DNA from: a virus
Virus record (IMG/VR): IMGVR_UViG_3300040759_000032
Span: 32,001 to 96,000 of that record
Reading direction: 5' to 3' (one strand)
DNA: 64,000 nt
Position 1 is the first letter of the stretch; the number at the start of each line of letters is the position of its first letter. Below are positions 27,498-36,343 of the stretch, in pieces. A model generated the notes under the pieces. The model had not been told where the DNA came from. It saw only the letters and a program-made list of their open reading frames with translations, and searched no databases. The translations under genes were made by a program, and so were the position numbers.

Positions 27498-27820
27498 GGC
27501 TCGTCCGGGACGAGCATCGGCAGCGGCACGTCCGACGGCAGGGGAAGGGCCCCGTCCCGCCAGACGGCGGCCAGCTCGGCCGGGGTCAGCCGGTCGAGCC
27601 GCTCCTGAACGCACAGGGCCTCGGCGAGCCCGGCCAGGTCCCGCATGGCGAGCGTGCTCCGCAGCAGCGACCCCGGGCCGTCCAGGCGCTCCGCCCCGTC
27701 CCGGACGGCGAACCACAGGCCCCGGGACTCGTACAGCCGCCACCGGGGGAACGTCTCGCCCAGCATCCCCTCGGTGACCTCCCCGAGGACGCTCAGGTCC
27801 CGCGGCCGGGAGCCGGTCAT
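27494..27820 (-). CDS. Hypothetical protein
   Basis: ATGA coupling; FPRWRLYESRGLWFAVR. Confidence 0.55.
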   Translation of the reverse strand: MTGSRPRDLSVLGEVTEGMLGETFPRWRLYESRGLWFAVRDGAERLDGPGSLLRSTLAMRDLAGLAEALCVQERLDRLTPAELAAVWRDGALPLPSDVPLPMLVPDEP

Positions 27821-28023
27821 GACAGGGCCACCATGTCCCAGCTCACCATGTCCGGGTCGATCGGCGCGGCGAGGTGCCCTCCGTCCTCGCACGACTCGCT
27901 GCCCGTCTCCACGTGGACGGCTCTCCGCTCCTGCTCCGGCAGGAGCGGGTTGCCCTCGAACCTCGCCGCCTTCCGGCACCACCTGCAGCGCAAGCCCGCC
28001 CCCGGCCGTGTCATCTCCATCAC
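27817..28023 (-). CDS. Small Cys/His protein
   Basis: CRWCRK...AVH...GH. Confidence 0.5.
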   Translation of the reverse strand: MMEMTRPGAGLRCRWCRKAARFEGNPLLPEQERRAVHVETGSESCEDGGHLAAPIDPDMVSWDMVALS

Positions 28024-28130
28024 TCCGCGCTTTTGACGTGACTGCTCGTGCGGCAGACGCTACGCGCGGACCTGCGGAAACGGCAACGGCCCTTCGCCCC
28101 GGCCAGCGGGCGAAGGTGCAGAAGCGCAGG

Positions 28131-29312
28131 TCACAGAGGCAGTCTGACGGCCTCCGCGAGGTCACGGAGATCCTCCGGCAGCGGCCCGCGCCTCCGCTTG
28201 ACGACGCCCTCGAGGATGTCGCGCGCGTACTGCTGGTTGGGGAGCCATTCCGGCGCCTGCGCCCGCAGCTCGCCGAGCACCCCGACGACGTCGGCGTACT
28301 CCCGGCGCATCGCATGGGCGGAGGCGACGTCGAGGCGGTGCCGCAGCGCCTGCGCGGGCTCGATCGAGGGCAGCGATCCCCGGACCCGGTCGGCGAGGGC
28401 GAGCGTCTTGTCCGGCCGCCAGCTCAGCGCCGCGCTCTCCGCCGCGATCACCATCACCGTCGCAGGGCCGAACCGGGCCGTCGTCGCCGGGCTGAACGGG
28501 ACGTCCCGCCCGATCCTGGCCGCCGCCGCCCGCGCCAGCGACAGGGCGTCGTCGGCCTCCCCGGGCCGGTTGTCGGTCGTCATCGCGTTCGCGACGTACA
28601 GCAGCATCTTCCCGTAGCCCGCCAGCTCCCCGGAGTTCGCGCGGGAGAACCTCGGCTCCGCCCGGTCGGCCCACTCCACGGCGAGCGCCCCGGCCTCCGC
28701 CGCGCGCCCCTGCCGCAGCAGGCACCAGCACATCATGGAGACGGCCGCCAGGGTGTCCGTCAGGTCCGGGGCGGCGTCCAGGGCGAGCCGGGACGCGGCC
28801 CACGCGTCGTCGAACTGGCGGGTCATGTTCAGGAACCACGCGGTCGCGGCCAGCGCCTTGCTCTTGGCGGAGCGGTCGTCCTCCGTCCCGTCGAGGGACA
28901 GGGCGTCGCGGACCAGGCAGGGCAGCGCCAGGCGGGCCCGCGAGTACTCCGCGGACCGCCACGCCGGGCCGAGCGCGGACAGCGACGCCAGCACCCCCGC
29001 GGGCGTCGCGGGCTCGTCGGGCTCGGGTTCCGGGGACCGGCGGTAGAGGGCGTCGCGGACGTCCTCCCACGCCTCGCCCGGCACCGGCTGGTGCTCGGGC
29101 TCGCCGGGGACGGACAGGTCGCTGGTGCGCACGTGGAGCGCCTCCGCGAGCGCGTGGAGGGTCTCGTTGCGGGGATGGCCCGCGTCCTGCTCCACCGTCT
29201 TCACCGTGCGCAGGGAGAGCCGGGAGAGCCGGGAGAGATCTTTTTGGGTGAGACCGCGCAGTTTCCGCGCTCTCGCGACCCGCTCTCCGACGGTCGGCAA
29301 TGTAGAATCCAT
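28131..29312 (-). CDS. XRE-family regulator with helical C-terminal domain
   Basis: VGERVARARKLRGLTQKDLSRLSRLSLRTVKTVEQ; typical ~390-aa actinomycete layout. Confidence 0.88.
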   Translation of the reverse strand: MDSTLPTVGERVARARKLRGLTQKDLSRLSRLSLRTVKTVEQDAGHPRNETLHALAEALHVRTSDLSVPGEPEHQPVPGEAWEDVRDALYRRSPEPEPDEPATPAGVLASLSALGPAWRSAEYSRARLALPCLVRDALSLDGTEDDRSAKSKALAATAWFLNMTRQFDDAWAASRLALDAAPDLTDTLAAVSMMCWCLLRQGRAAEAGALAVEWADRAEPRFSRANSGELAGYGKMLLYVANAMTTDNRPGEADDALSLARAAAARIGRDVPFSPATTARFGPATVMVIAAESAALSWRPDKTLALADRVRGSLPSIEPAQALRHRLDVASAHAMRREYADVVGVLGELRAQAPEWLPNQQYARDILEGVVKRRRGPLPEDLRDLAEAVRLPL

Positions 29313-29513
29313 GTTGGACCTCGTTCGCTCGTTCGGTAGCCTCGCATCTCCCAGCGTACGCGCGGGGTCTAGTTTTTGCCGGAGCGTGATTCCCCCGTGA
29401 CTGGCGTGACCTGCGTGGCTCCCCTTGCGCGAGGGAAACGCGAGGGAAAGCGGCGCGCTTGCTAACGCCGCCGTTAATTCGGCCGACGCTAATTAACCTC
29501 GGCGCTGCATTCG

Positions 29514-30347
29514 TTAATCATGAGCAGAGGCGGCGGCCTCGGCCCGGTGCAGGGACGGCAGCGGCGGGATGATCTCCGCGAGGAACGACCCCGGCTCGGC
29601 CTTGAAGTCCGGCGCGGCCTGCGTCACCCAGAAGGAGCGGACGGCGTCCACGGTCAGCTCCTCGCCGTTCCTCTGGTCGACGTACGTCACGGCCTCTTCG
29701 GAGGACATCCGCGCGCACACCCGCCCCCGCTTCGCGCCGCCGGGGTAGTCGTTCCAGTTGACGCCCTTCTCCGACCACAGAAGCTCCTGCAGCTGGCCGC
29801 CGTTGAGCCCTTGGAGCCGCTTGTGCGGGAAGTGCGCCTGCGCGGCCATCGACACCGAGTTGCGGAGGCAGTCCCGCTGACGCCAGACGAAGTAGTTCGC
29901 GACCTCCACCGGGTCCGGGATGGTGAACACGCGGGCGTCGAACGTGGCCCGGCCGCCGAGAACCGACCAGCCTTCCGACTCGGCCGCCCTCGCGAGCGCG
30001 AACTCGGCCGTCGCCGTCGAGGCCGCGAGCGACGCCATTTTCTGCACCCCGCCGCCGAACCACGGCTCGGTGCCGGCCGACCCGAAATCCGCCAGCAGCA
30101 CCGAGATCTCGTCGGACTGGGCGTAGGCGAGCACCGCCCCCGTCATCTCCCGGCACAGGGCGGCGGTCGTGGCGTCCATCGCGCGCATGAACGCGTCGTC
30201 GAACGGCTTCTCGGCGTGCCGCAGGTAGCTGTGGAAGGCCCGGCCGTCAACGCGGCAGATCGTGTAGGTGCGGCGCGGCAGGAGCATCCGGGTCGTCGCC
30301 TCGTAGCGCTTCATCCGGTCGCCGAGGGCAGTCGAGTCGCTTGACAT
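29514..30347 (-). CDS. thg1: Thg1-like tRNA(His) guanylyltransferase / 3'-5' polymerase
   Basis: LGDRMKRYE, RVDGRAFH, AQSDEIS, FDARVF, YFVWRQRDCLRNS, GVNWNDYP. Confidence 0.95.
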   Translation of the reverse strand: MSSDSTALGDRMKRYEATTRMLLPRRTYTICRVDGRAFHSYLRHAEKPFDDAFMRAMDATTAALCREMTGAVLAYAQSDEISVLLADFGSAGTEPWFGGGVQKMASLAASTATAEFALARAAESEGWSVLGGRATFDARVFTIPDPVEVANYFVWRQRDCLRNSVSMAAQAHFPHKRLQGLNGGQLQELLWSEKGVNWNDYPGGAKRGRVCARMSSEEAVTYVDQRNGEELTVDAVRSFWVTQAAPDFKAEPGSFLAEIIPPLPSLHRAEAAASAHD

Positions 30348-31180
30348 GAGCGCAATCATCCCAGGCGGGTTGTGCAATATCGTGCAGCGGCGATTTTGAT
30401 CGTGCGCCGCCCCGGCCCCGCCGCGGACGCGGGGCAGTCTGACGGTGCCGCTTTCGAACCGGGTTATGCGTGACCTGCTGAGCCGGGGTGCTTGATCTGC
30501 TGACATGGGCGAGCGACGGGCACGGCGATTGCGCAAGGGGGCGGCCACGTGGGGTGGCCGCCCCTTCGTCATCGGGACGCCCCGCGCAGATTCGCTCAAG
30601 CCTCGTTAAGCTCGCCCATCCCCTTGACGCCCCGCCGAATCCCCGGCGAGCATGACATCGCCTGCAACGCGGTCGAGGGAACGCGCAGGTTGTTCGGGGG
30701 GCGGCCAGCGGGGAACTGGCCGCCCCCGCTCGTCTTACCGTCCCGGCGCGAGCAGCTCGGCGAGCGTGTCGAGGCGGACGGCCAGGCCCTCCGCCTCGGC
30801 CTCGGCGAGGTCTCCCGCCATCGCCCGTCGCAGGCCCTCTCTGACCTCCGCAGGCCCCCCAACCTCAACCGCGGCGATCCCCATCCTCGCCAGGGACGCG
30901 ACGAGGCGCGATGACAAGGCGACAGTATTCACGAGGGGGGAAATCTCCGGCAGGGGGAAGGCGCGATCGCGCGACTCCAGCCTATCGGGCCGGACGACGG
31001 CGCTAGGCTGGTCTCCGAAGGCGCCGTCGACGCACCTAGAGTCTGAGCCGTGACTTGCGCGTCGTGCACCATAGCGGCGGCGGCGGCGCCTCCAGGCTAA
31101 GGCTCTCCGGGCCTGAACAGGGCGGCAGGCCCCCGGACGAGGACTGAGCCGCCCTGAGTCTTTCACGGCCGCAGGCGAGC

Positions 31181-31354
31181 CTAAATCGACGAGCTGAACG
31201 CGGAGACCCCGGTGTCCGCGCCGGTGTCGCCGACGCCCGCCCGCCGCATGATCCTCGCGTACTCCGAGTCGCTGATGTCGACCTCGGCGTCGAGCGGCGC
31301 GTCGAGCAGGTCGGGCACGGCGGACTCGATCGCTTCCAGCGGCAGGATGCTCAT
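31181..31354 (-). CDS. FxSxx-COOH-like RiPP precursor peptide (57 aa, not in ORF track)
   Basis: MSILPLEAIESAVPDLLDAPLDAEVDISDSEYARIMRRAGVGDTGADTGVSAFSSSI*; leaderless TAGGCT-N6-ATG. Confidence 0.75.
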   Translation of the reverse strand: MSILPLEAIESAVPDLLDAPLDAEVDISDSEYARIMRRAGVGDTGADTGVSAFSSSI

Positions 31355-31428
31355 GGTGCCAGCCTAGGCCGTCGCCGGGCTGATCCTCCGGGCCGGCGCG
31401 CCATCCCCGACGCTGCGCCCGCGCGGGC

Positions 31429-31662
31429 TCAGCCCTCGAACCTCCGGGCCGTCACCTCGAACCCCTCGACGCCCCGGACCGCCGCGAACGCCATGGCGAA
31501 CGCCTGCCCTGCGGAGTCCTCGGCCACGACGATGTCCATCACGCACCTCCGCCTGCCCCCGTCCGGGACCATGACGGTCACCTCGACCGGCCTCGCCCCG
31601 GGAGGGGGAAGCTCGGCGAACAAGGGCTCCATCGGGAGGGCCCGGGACTGCGCGAGGTCCAT
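31429..31662 (-). CDS. Hypothetical protein (leaderless)
   Basis: TAGGCT-N6-ATG. Confidence 0.55.
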   Translation of the reverse strand: MDLAQSRALPMEPLFAELPPPGARPVEVTVMVPDGGRRRCVMDIVVAEDSAGQAFAMAFAAVRGVEGFEVTARRFEG

Positions 31663-31702
31663 GACCGCAGCCTACGGCGAGGCTCCGACATTCCGGGCGA
31701 GG

Positions 31703-31885
31703 CTACTCGCCCTCGGGGCCGGCGATCTCCGCGAAGTGCGGCCGCTCGCCGAGGTCCGCGGCGCGCTCCTGCCACTTCGCCGAGTCGAGGGCGAGGACGG
31801 GGCGGATCGGGGCGTCCGCCACGGCGGCCGCGTGCGCGTCCCACGGGTCCAGCCCGGTCCTGGCGATGACGTCCGCGAGGCGCAC
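31703..31885 (-). pseudogene. Possible C-terminal remnant of a PIN-like protein
   Basis: LDPWDAHAAAVAD...PVLALD resembles a PIN C-terminus; N-terminal part absent. Confidence 0.35.
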
Positions 31886-31902
31886 GGCCGCCCGGCAGGG
31901 AG

Positions 31903-32157
31903 TCAGCCGACCGCGCCCCAGACCCGCCCGTCCCCGACGTTCTCCGGGTCGGCGAACAGCGCGTCATCACTCCCGTCCGGGCGGATGACCAGCCACCCCG
32001 GGTAAGCCCGCCCCTCCCGGCCCTCCCGCGACGTGTACAGGGCGGCGTCCCCGTCCATCCGGACGAACTGGGATCCCGCCAGGGCGATGAACGGACCCGG
32101 GTTCCCCGGGTCCAGCGGCTCCGCGTCGGCGGACAGCGGGTTAGTGGCGAGGCGCAT
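31903..32157 (-). CDS. Hypothetical protein
   Basis: SD GAGG; YPGWLVIRPDG. Confidence 0.55.
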   Translation of the reverse strand: MRLATNPLSADAEPLDPGNPGPFIALAGSQFVRMDGDAALYTSREGREGRAYPGWLVIRPDGSDDALFADPENVGDGRVWGAVG

Positions 32158-32198
32158 GATCGGTTCCTCTCGTCGCGGTTCTGCTGGCAGGCAAAAGG

Positions 32199-32858
32199 CT
32201 ACCGGGCCGCCCGCAGCTTCCCCGCCATGTTCCCGGCCCCGCATGCGAAGCCGTGCATGAACACTCCCGCCAAGCGCGCGCACTCCGCCTCGCCGATCCG
32301 GGTCAGCAGCCCCTCCCGCGTCAGGTAGTCCGCGAACGCAGCGGAGGCGATCTCCCCGTCCGCAGGCTCAAGGACCGGGGCCGGCTCCGTCGCGGGCTTC
32401 GCGTAGCCGTCGAGCAGCTCCGTCACTTTCGCCCGCACGACGGCGGGGAAGCCCGGATCGCCCCCGCCGCAGTCGATGAGCGCGAGCGCCCCGACGTCCT
32501 CGCCCTCCCGGATCAGCCCGAGCAGCAGGTGCTCCGTCGCGATGAAGTTGTCCCCCCGCGCCATCGCCTCCCGGAACCCGGACCGCAGCGCCTTCTTCAG
32601 CCGGGGCGCGAAGACCCGGTGCGCCGACGGGGAGGCGTCCCCGCCTGGATGACGGTCCCGGACCGCCTCCCGGACGCGCTCCGGGGTGACGGCGAGCGCC
32701 GCGAGCGCCTGGGACGCGACGCCGCCGCCCTCCCCCGCGAGGCCGACCAGGAGGTGGCCCGTGTCGACCTCGGGGTGCCTCATGTCCCGCGCCGCCTGGT
32801 CCGCGAGGACGACCACTCGCCTGGCCCTGTCGGTGTATCGCTCGAACATGGTCGTCAT
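32199..32858 (-). CDS. Stand-alone Clp N-terminal (ClpC NTD-like) repeat protein
   Basis: MFERYTDRARRVVVLA...TGHLLVGL...FIATEHLLLGLIREGE; no ATPase domain. Confidence 0.9.
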   Translation of the reverse strand: MTTMFERYTDRARRVVVLADQAARDMRHPEVDTGHLLVGLAGEGGGVASQALAALAVTPERVREAVRDRHPGGDASPSAHRVFAPRLKKALRSGFREAMARGDNFIATEHLLLGLIREGEDVGALALIDCGGGDPGFPAVVRAKVTELLDGYAKPATEPAPVLEPADGEIASAAFADYLTREGLLTRIGEAECARLAGVFMHGFACGAGNMAGKLRAAR

Positions 32859-33070
32859 GCTACGGGCGCGGGCGCGAACCCGTACCGCTCCGCCAGCTCG
32901 GGAAGCTCGTCCGCCTTCAGCCCGTGGACCGCGATGTAGATCCTCGGCACGAGCCAGCCGCGGCCCTCGACGACGACGGCTACCTCCGGCGGGAGTCCTG
33001 CGGTGACGCCCTCGTAAGCAGCCCGGACGGTCGCCGACAGCTCGTGGACCTCCCCGCAGGGGCACTTCAT
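32855..33070 (-). CDS. Hypothetical protein
   Basis: MKCPCGEVH; coupled. Confidence 0.6.
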   Translation of the reverse strand: MKCPCGEVHELSATVRAAYEGVTAGLPPEVAVVVEGRGWLVPRIYIAVHGLKADELPELAERYGFAPAPVA

Positions 33071-33654
33071 CGCAGGCCCGCTGTGATGTCATGCCGCACG
33101 CATCCCCGCCATGAACCGGGGAGATCGCCGCACGTGCACGCCGCGAGCGGCGTCGGGGCCTGAGTCGGCGGAACCCATCCCGCCGGCAGGTCCGCGTCGC
33201 ACCCCGGGCAGATCCACCCGACCGTCTCGGTGCTCCCCGAGGGGATGACGCGCTCCGCGTCCGCGTGGGCGCACCCGCCGAGGGCCGAGGCCAGGCGGGT
33301 CATGCCGACCGCCACGTCGGCCATGCTCACGCCGGCGACCGGGGGCCGCACCGTGACCGTCCCGTGCATCCGCAGCGCCGAGTAGTGCTTGAGGCAGCAG
33401 CCCCGGGCCACCGCCGGATCGTGGCAGAACTCCACCACGCACCCCCGCGCGCGGCCCCGCGGCCGCAGGCTCCGGATCCCCAGCGACAGCCGGACGACCA
33501 GCAGCAGGTCGAAGACGAGCAGGAGCACCGGGAGGATGACCGCGCCGGGTACCGCCACCAGGGCCAGCCAGATCGCGACAGCGCACCCGGAGGCCACGGC
33601 GACCGCGATCCACCTCAACGTGCGAAGCATGCCGATGTCCCGCCGGGCGCTCAC
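33067..33654 (-). CDS. Membrane protein with Cys motifs
   Basis: Two TM segments; C..CLKHY. Confidence 0.55.
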   Translation of the reverse strand: MSARRDIGMLRTLRWIAVAVASGCAVAIWLALVAVPGAVILPVLLLVFDLLLVVRLSLGIRSLRPRGRARGCVVEFCHDPAVARGCCLKHYSALRMHGTVTVRPPVAGVSMADVAVGMTRLASALGGCAHADAERVIPSGSTETVGWICPGCDADLPAGWVPPTQAPTPLAACTCGDLPGSWRGCVRHDITAGLR

Positions 33655-33817
33655 CGCCTCCGCCTCTTCCCGCCGAGGGTCTCCGACATCCCCAGCCATC
33701 CCCGCCTGCCTACCCTGACGCCTCCCCATGCCCGTGCCCGGCCCTTGCCGACAGGGGCGCTCGCGCCGAGGCGGAACGGGCCGACGCGGACGCTCGCGCC
33801 TATCCTCGCGCGTGATC

Positions 33818-34102
33818 TCATGATCGCGGCCTCCGGTCCCAGTCCTCGACGCGAGCAGGAGTCGTGCGGAGGATCTCGGCCGCCTCGGCGGTTGAGACCT
33901 GCCGTGCGGCCTCGCCCGCGCTGACGCCGATCAGGGCCACGATGACCGGGCTCCCCGCCGGCAGGATCTCGGTGCACACCCGGGCGGACTTGCCGGTCTT
34001 CTCCCGCAGCGTCCACCAGGCCTCGCCCGGGTCGCCAGCCCAGACGAGGGCCGTCGCCCCGTCGGGCTCCCCGGCGATCTCGGTGAGCATCCAGAGCTTC
34101 AT
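33818..34102 (-). CDS. Hypothetical protein with C-terminal HTH-like end
   Basis: VSTAEAAEILRTTPARV. Confidence 0.5.
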   Translation of the reverse strand: MKLWMLTEIAGEPDGATALVWAGDPGEAWWTLREKTGKSARVCTEILPAGSPVIVALIGVSAGEAARQVSTAEAAEILRTTPARVEDWDRRPRS

Positions 34103-34278
34103 TTCTGGCCCTCCGTTGTCGTTGCCTGCTGCTCGACGTGCTTGCGGTACCGAGCGAGCGCCTCGTCGAGGATGACCTTGAGCGCCACGCCTCGCCGCGC
34201 GGCCTCAGCCCTTGCCCATGCCCCGAGCTCCGCTGGCGGGTGCCAGCAGAGCGTCGGGTTCTTGTGCTGGTTAGGCAT
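34099..34278 (-). CDS. Ribbon-helix-helix/Arc-like regulator (59 aa, not in ORF track)
   Basis: MPNQHKNPTLCWHPPAELGAWARAEAARRGVALKVILDEALARYR; TGATG/ATGA coupling. Confidence 0.65.
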   Translation of the reverse strand: MPNQHKNPTLCWHPPAELGAWARAEAARRGVALKVILDEALARYRKHVEQQATTTEGQK

Positions 34279-34634
34279 CAGTGCGAGTGCTGCTCTCGGT
34301 GGTGGGCGATCAGCCGCTCAGGGTCCTCGCTGGCGAGGAAAGCGGTCTGGTGCGCCCGCGCGAGGTGCTCGGCGAGCATGTCGCCCGCGAGGTCCCGGTG
34401 GTCCGCCGGGATGTAGTCGGGGCTGGCCTCGGCGGCGAGCTGCTCCCCGACTGAGGCGTAGGCGACGTCTGCGCCGACGGCCCACCATCCGGCGTCGCCT
34501 GCGAGTCGGCGCGGCTGCGGCTCGCGCAGGTCCCGTGCCAGCTTGCGGAGGTCGTTGAGAACGTCGGCGTTCGAGAGCCGCTCGTCGGCGGCGACCGTGA
34601 GTTGGATGTTGACGACGTGCGTGCGCGGGATCAT
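34278..34634 (-). CDS. Hypothetical protein
   Basis: First gene after promoter; SD GGGAG. Confidence 0.6.
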   Translation of the reverse strand: MIPRTHVVNIQLTVAADERLSNADVLNDLRKLARDLREPQPRRLAGDAGWWAVGADVAYASVGEQLAAEASPDYIPADHRDLAGDMLAEHLARAHQTAFLASEDPERLIAHHREQHSH

Positions 34635-34649
34635 TCGCACTCCCTTCGG

Positions 34650-34695
34650 AGGTGGATGCCACCTAAGCTAACGCGGGTGGATGCCACCTGTCAAG
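34650..34695 (-). promoter_or_regulatory. Sigma70-type promoter with two palindromic operators
   Basis: TTGACA-N18-TAGCTT; RGGTGGATGCCACCT at 34650-34664 and 34675-34689. Confidence 0.8.
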
Positions 34696-34778
34696 CCGAG
34701 CCGGGCGAGCAACTCACCCACTCAAGCCTCGCCCGCCGATCGCGGCGCCTCCCGGGTCGCTAGCGCCAGCCGCGCCGG

Positions 34779-35009
34779 TCAGTGAAGCCGGTCAACCCGC
34801 TCGACCGTGATCACATCCTCGTCTACCGCGTACAGGACCCGGTAGGGGCCGACCCGGAGCCGGTGGTAGCCGCCACGGTGGAATCCCTCAGCCGGGAGCG
34901 GGTCCTCGGCCAGCGCCTCGATAGCCGCGTCGACTGCGCGCATCCCGGGCTGGTCGCGCATGTACCGGCGGGCGGACGCGAGCGCGCCCGCCGTCCACTC
35001 GACCGTCAC
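34779..35009 (-). CDS. relE: RelE/ParE family toxin
   Basis: AIEALAEDPLP...YHRLRVGPYRVLYAVDED. Confidence 0.85.
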   Translation of the reverse strand: MTVEWTAGALASARRYMRDQPGMRAVDAAIEALAEDPLPAEGFHRGGYHRLRVGPYRVLYAVDEDVITVERVDRLH

Positions 35010-35245
35010 CGGTCGAGGAGCAGCTCGGCCATCGCCTCCGCGTGCGACATCGCGCCGGGACGCCCGGCGGCCACCCACGCCTCATGCTGGGCGACGACCG
35101 CGTCCATCTCCGCTTCCTCGACCTCCTCAGCCGAGGCGCGGTCCCTCAGCGCCCTCAGGAGCCGGTACTCGTCGATGGGGACGACCACGGCGGTCTCATC
35201 CCCGAGGCGGATCACGTCATGGCCGTCGAGGGGCTGCGCGCTCAT
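35006..35245 (-). CDS. Cognate antitoxin (Phd-like)
   Basis: AVVVPIDEYRLL; acidic; GTGA-coupled upstream of toxin; leaderless TACGGT-N7-ATG. Confidence 0.8.
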   Translation of the reverse strand: MSAQPLDGHDVIRLGDETAVVVPIDEYRLLRALRDRASAEEVEEAEMDAVVAQHEAWVAAGRPGAMSHAEAMAELLLDR

Positions 35246-35317
35246 GCCGTTCACCGTACGGCATTCCGGAGCGGGAACGGCGGCGCGACGCGGGTGATTT
35301 CCCGGGCGGCCGGGCGG

Positions 35318-35689
35318 TCACGGGGTGATCCTCTCGTAAGCCGACAGATCTTCAGATTCCGCCTTGAGCGCCATCTCGACGGGAAGCCGCTCGAAACCGA
35401 GCGCAGCCGAGCGTTCCCAGCGGTGGACGCCGTTGGTCAGGACGACAGTCCCGTCTTCCTGGGTGTACGCACAAAGCGCGTGCCCGTGGCTGACACCTCC
35501 CGCTTCGGCGATGAGGCGCGTGAGCGTTTCGCGGTCGAATCCGGCTTCGTGCCGACGTGTCTCCCAGATGCCGGGGTCTGCTGCGCGCTCGCGCACGGTT
35601 GGCCATGGCTGAGGATCACCGTGGCGCGCGGTCGGCCAGCCGCCAACCTCGGCGGTGTCGTACCACTTGTGGCAGTCGCATTCGTTCAC
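35318..35689 (-). CDS. ParB/Srx-like small protein
   Basis: VLTNGVHRW...LGFERLPV. Confidence 0.5.
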   Translation of the reverse strand: MNECDCHKWYDTAEVGGWPTARHGDPQPWPTVRERAADPGIWETRRHEAGFDRETLTRLIAEAGGVSHGHALCAYTQEDGTVVLTNGVHRWERSAALGFERLPVEMALKAESEDLSAYERITP

Positions 35690-35890
35690 GGCCACTTCGG
35701 CTCTCCTTGGGTCTGCGCGGAACGCTTCGCCATGGCTCGTCCTCTCAATCGATCGGGTGGCCTGTTGCGCGTCTCGTTGCGCGCAACGCCCCGGCCACAA
35801 CCGGGCACCGAGAGCGTAACGCCCGTGCACCTCCCGTCCAGTTCGCACGTCACCTGACCGATACGGATGACTACGACAGAGGGGGACGGG

Positions 35891-36280
35891 ATGGGACAGG
35901 CGGGACATCGGCAGGGCCCGAAGACGAAGGGCGGCAGATCCCCGGCGGCATGCCTCGGCTGCCTCGTGTTGGTCATCGCCGCCGCGGGCCTGTCGACGTG
36001 GTTCGTCCTCGCAACCCAGAACGACGGGACCGCCCCGACCGGGCCCGTCCTCACGCCTTACGAGCGCGCCATGAACACGCTGACGGCCAACTGCACAGAG
36101 TCCCCCGACAGCCTTGAGGGCACGATCAGCGCGACCTACGCGACCCTGGCCAAGGCGGGCAAGAGCGTGACCGTCGACGGCGTCGCCCTCGGGCTGTCCT
36201 ACATGACGGCGGGGAATCCAGAGCCGATGGACTGCGCGGCGGAGTTCGCGGACTACCTGGCACAGCAAGGGGTGAAGTGA
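35891..36280 (+). CDS. Membrane-anchored/exported protein
   Basis: N-terminal TM helix, two Cys in the soluble domain. Confidence 0.65.
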   Translation: MGQAGHRQGPKTKGGRSPAACLGCLVLVIAAAGLSTWFVLATQNDGTAPTGPVLTPYERAMNTLTANCTESPDSLEGTISATYATLAKAGKSVTVDGVALGLSYMTAGNPEPMDCAAEFADYLAQQGVK

Positions 36281-36343
36281 CCGCTGCCCGGAATGCCTGC
36301 TCGTTCTAGTCATTGAACGGGCTCTCGAAGCCGGGGCGCCCTT

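Noticed and set aside
27645-29339. Long plus-strand ORF (564 aa) and similar antisense ORFs such as 44284-46266 and 47711-49231
   Set aside because: Shadow frames of real genes in high-GC DNA, Arg/Pro/Gly-rich with no motifs.
29428-29450. GCGAGGGAAAC tandem duplication and nearby TTAATT motifs as an attachment site
   Set aside because: Only two short copies, no partner site found and no integrase nearby.
30348-30599. 83-aa N-terminal extension of Thg1 in the ORF track
   Set aside because: Family similarity starts at MSSDSTALGDRMK and a -10-like hexamer sits just upstream of the ATG at 30347.
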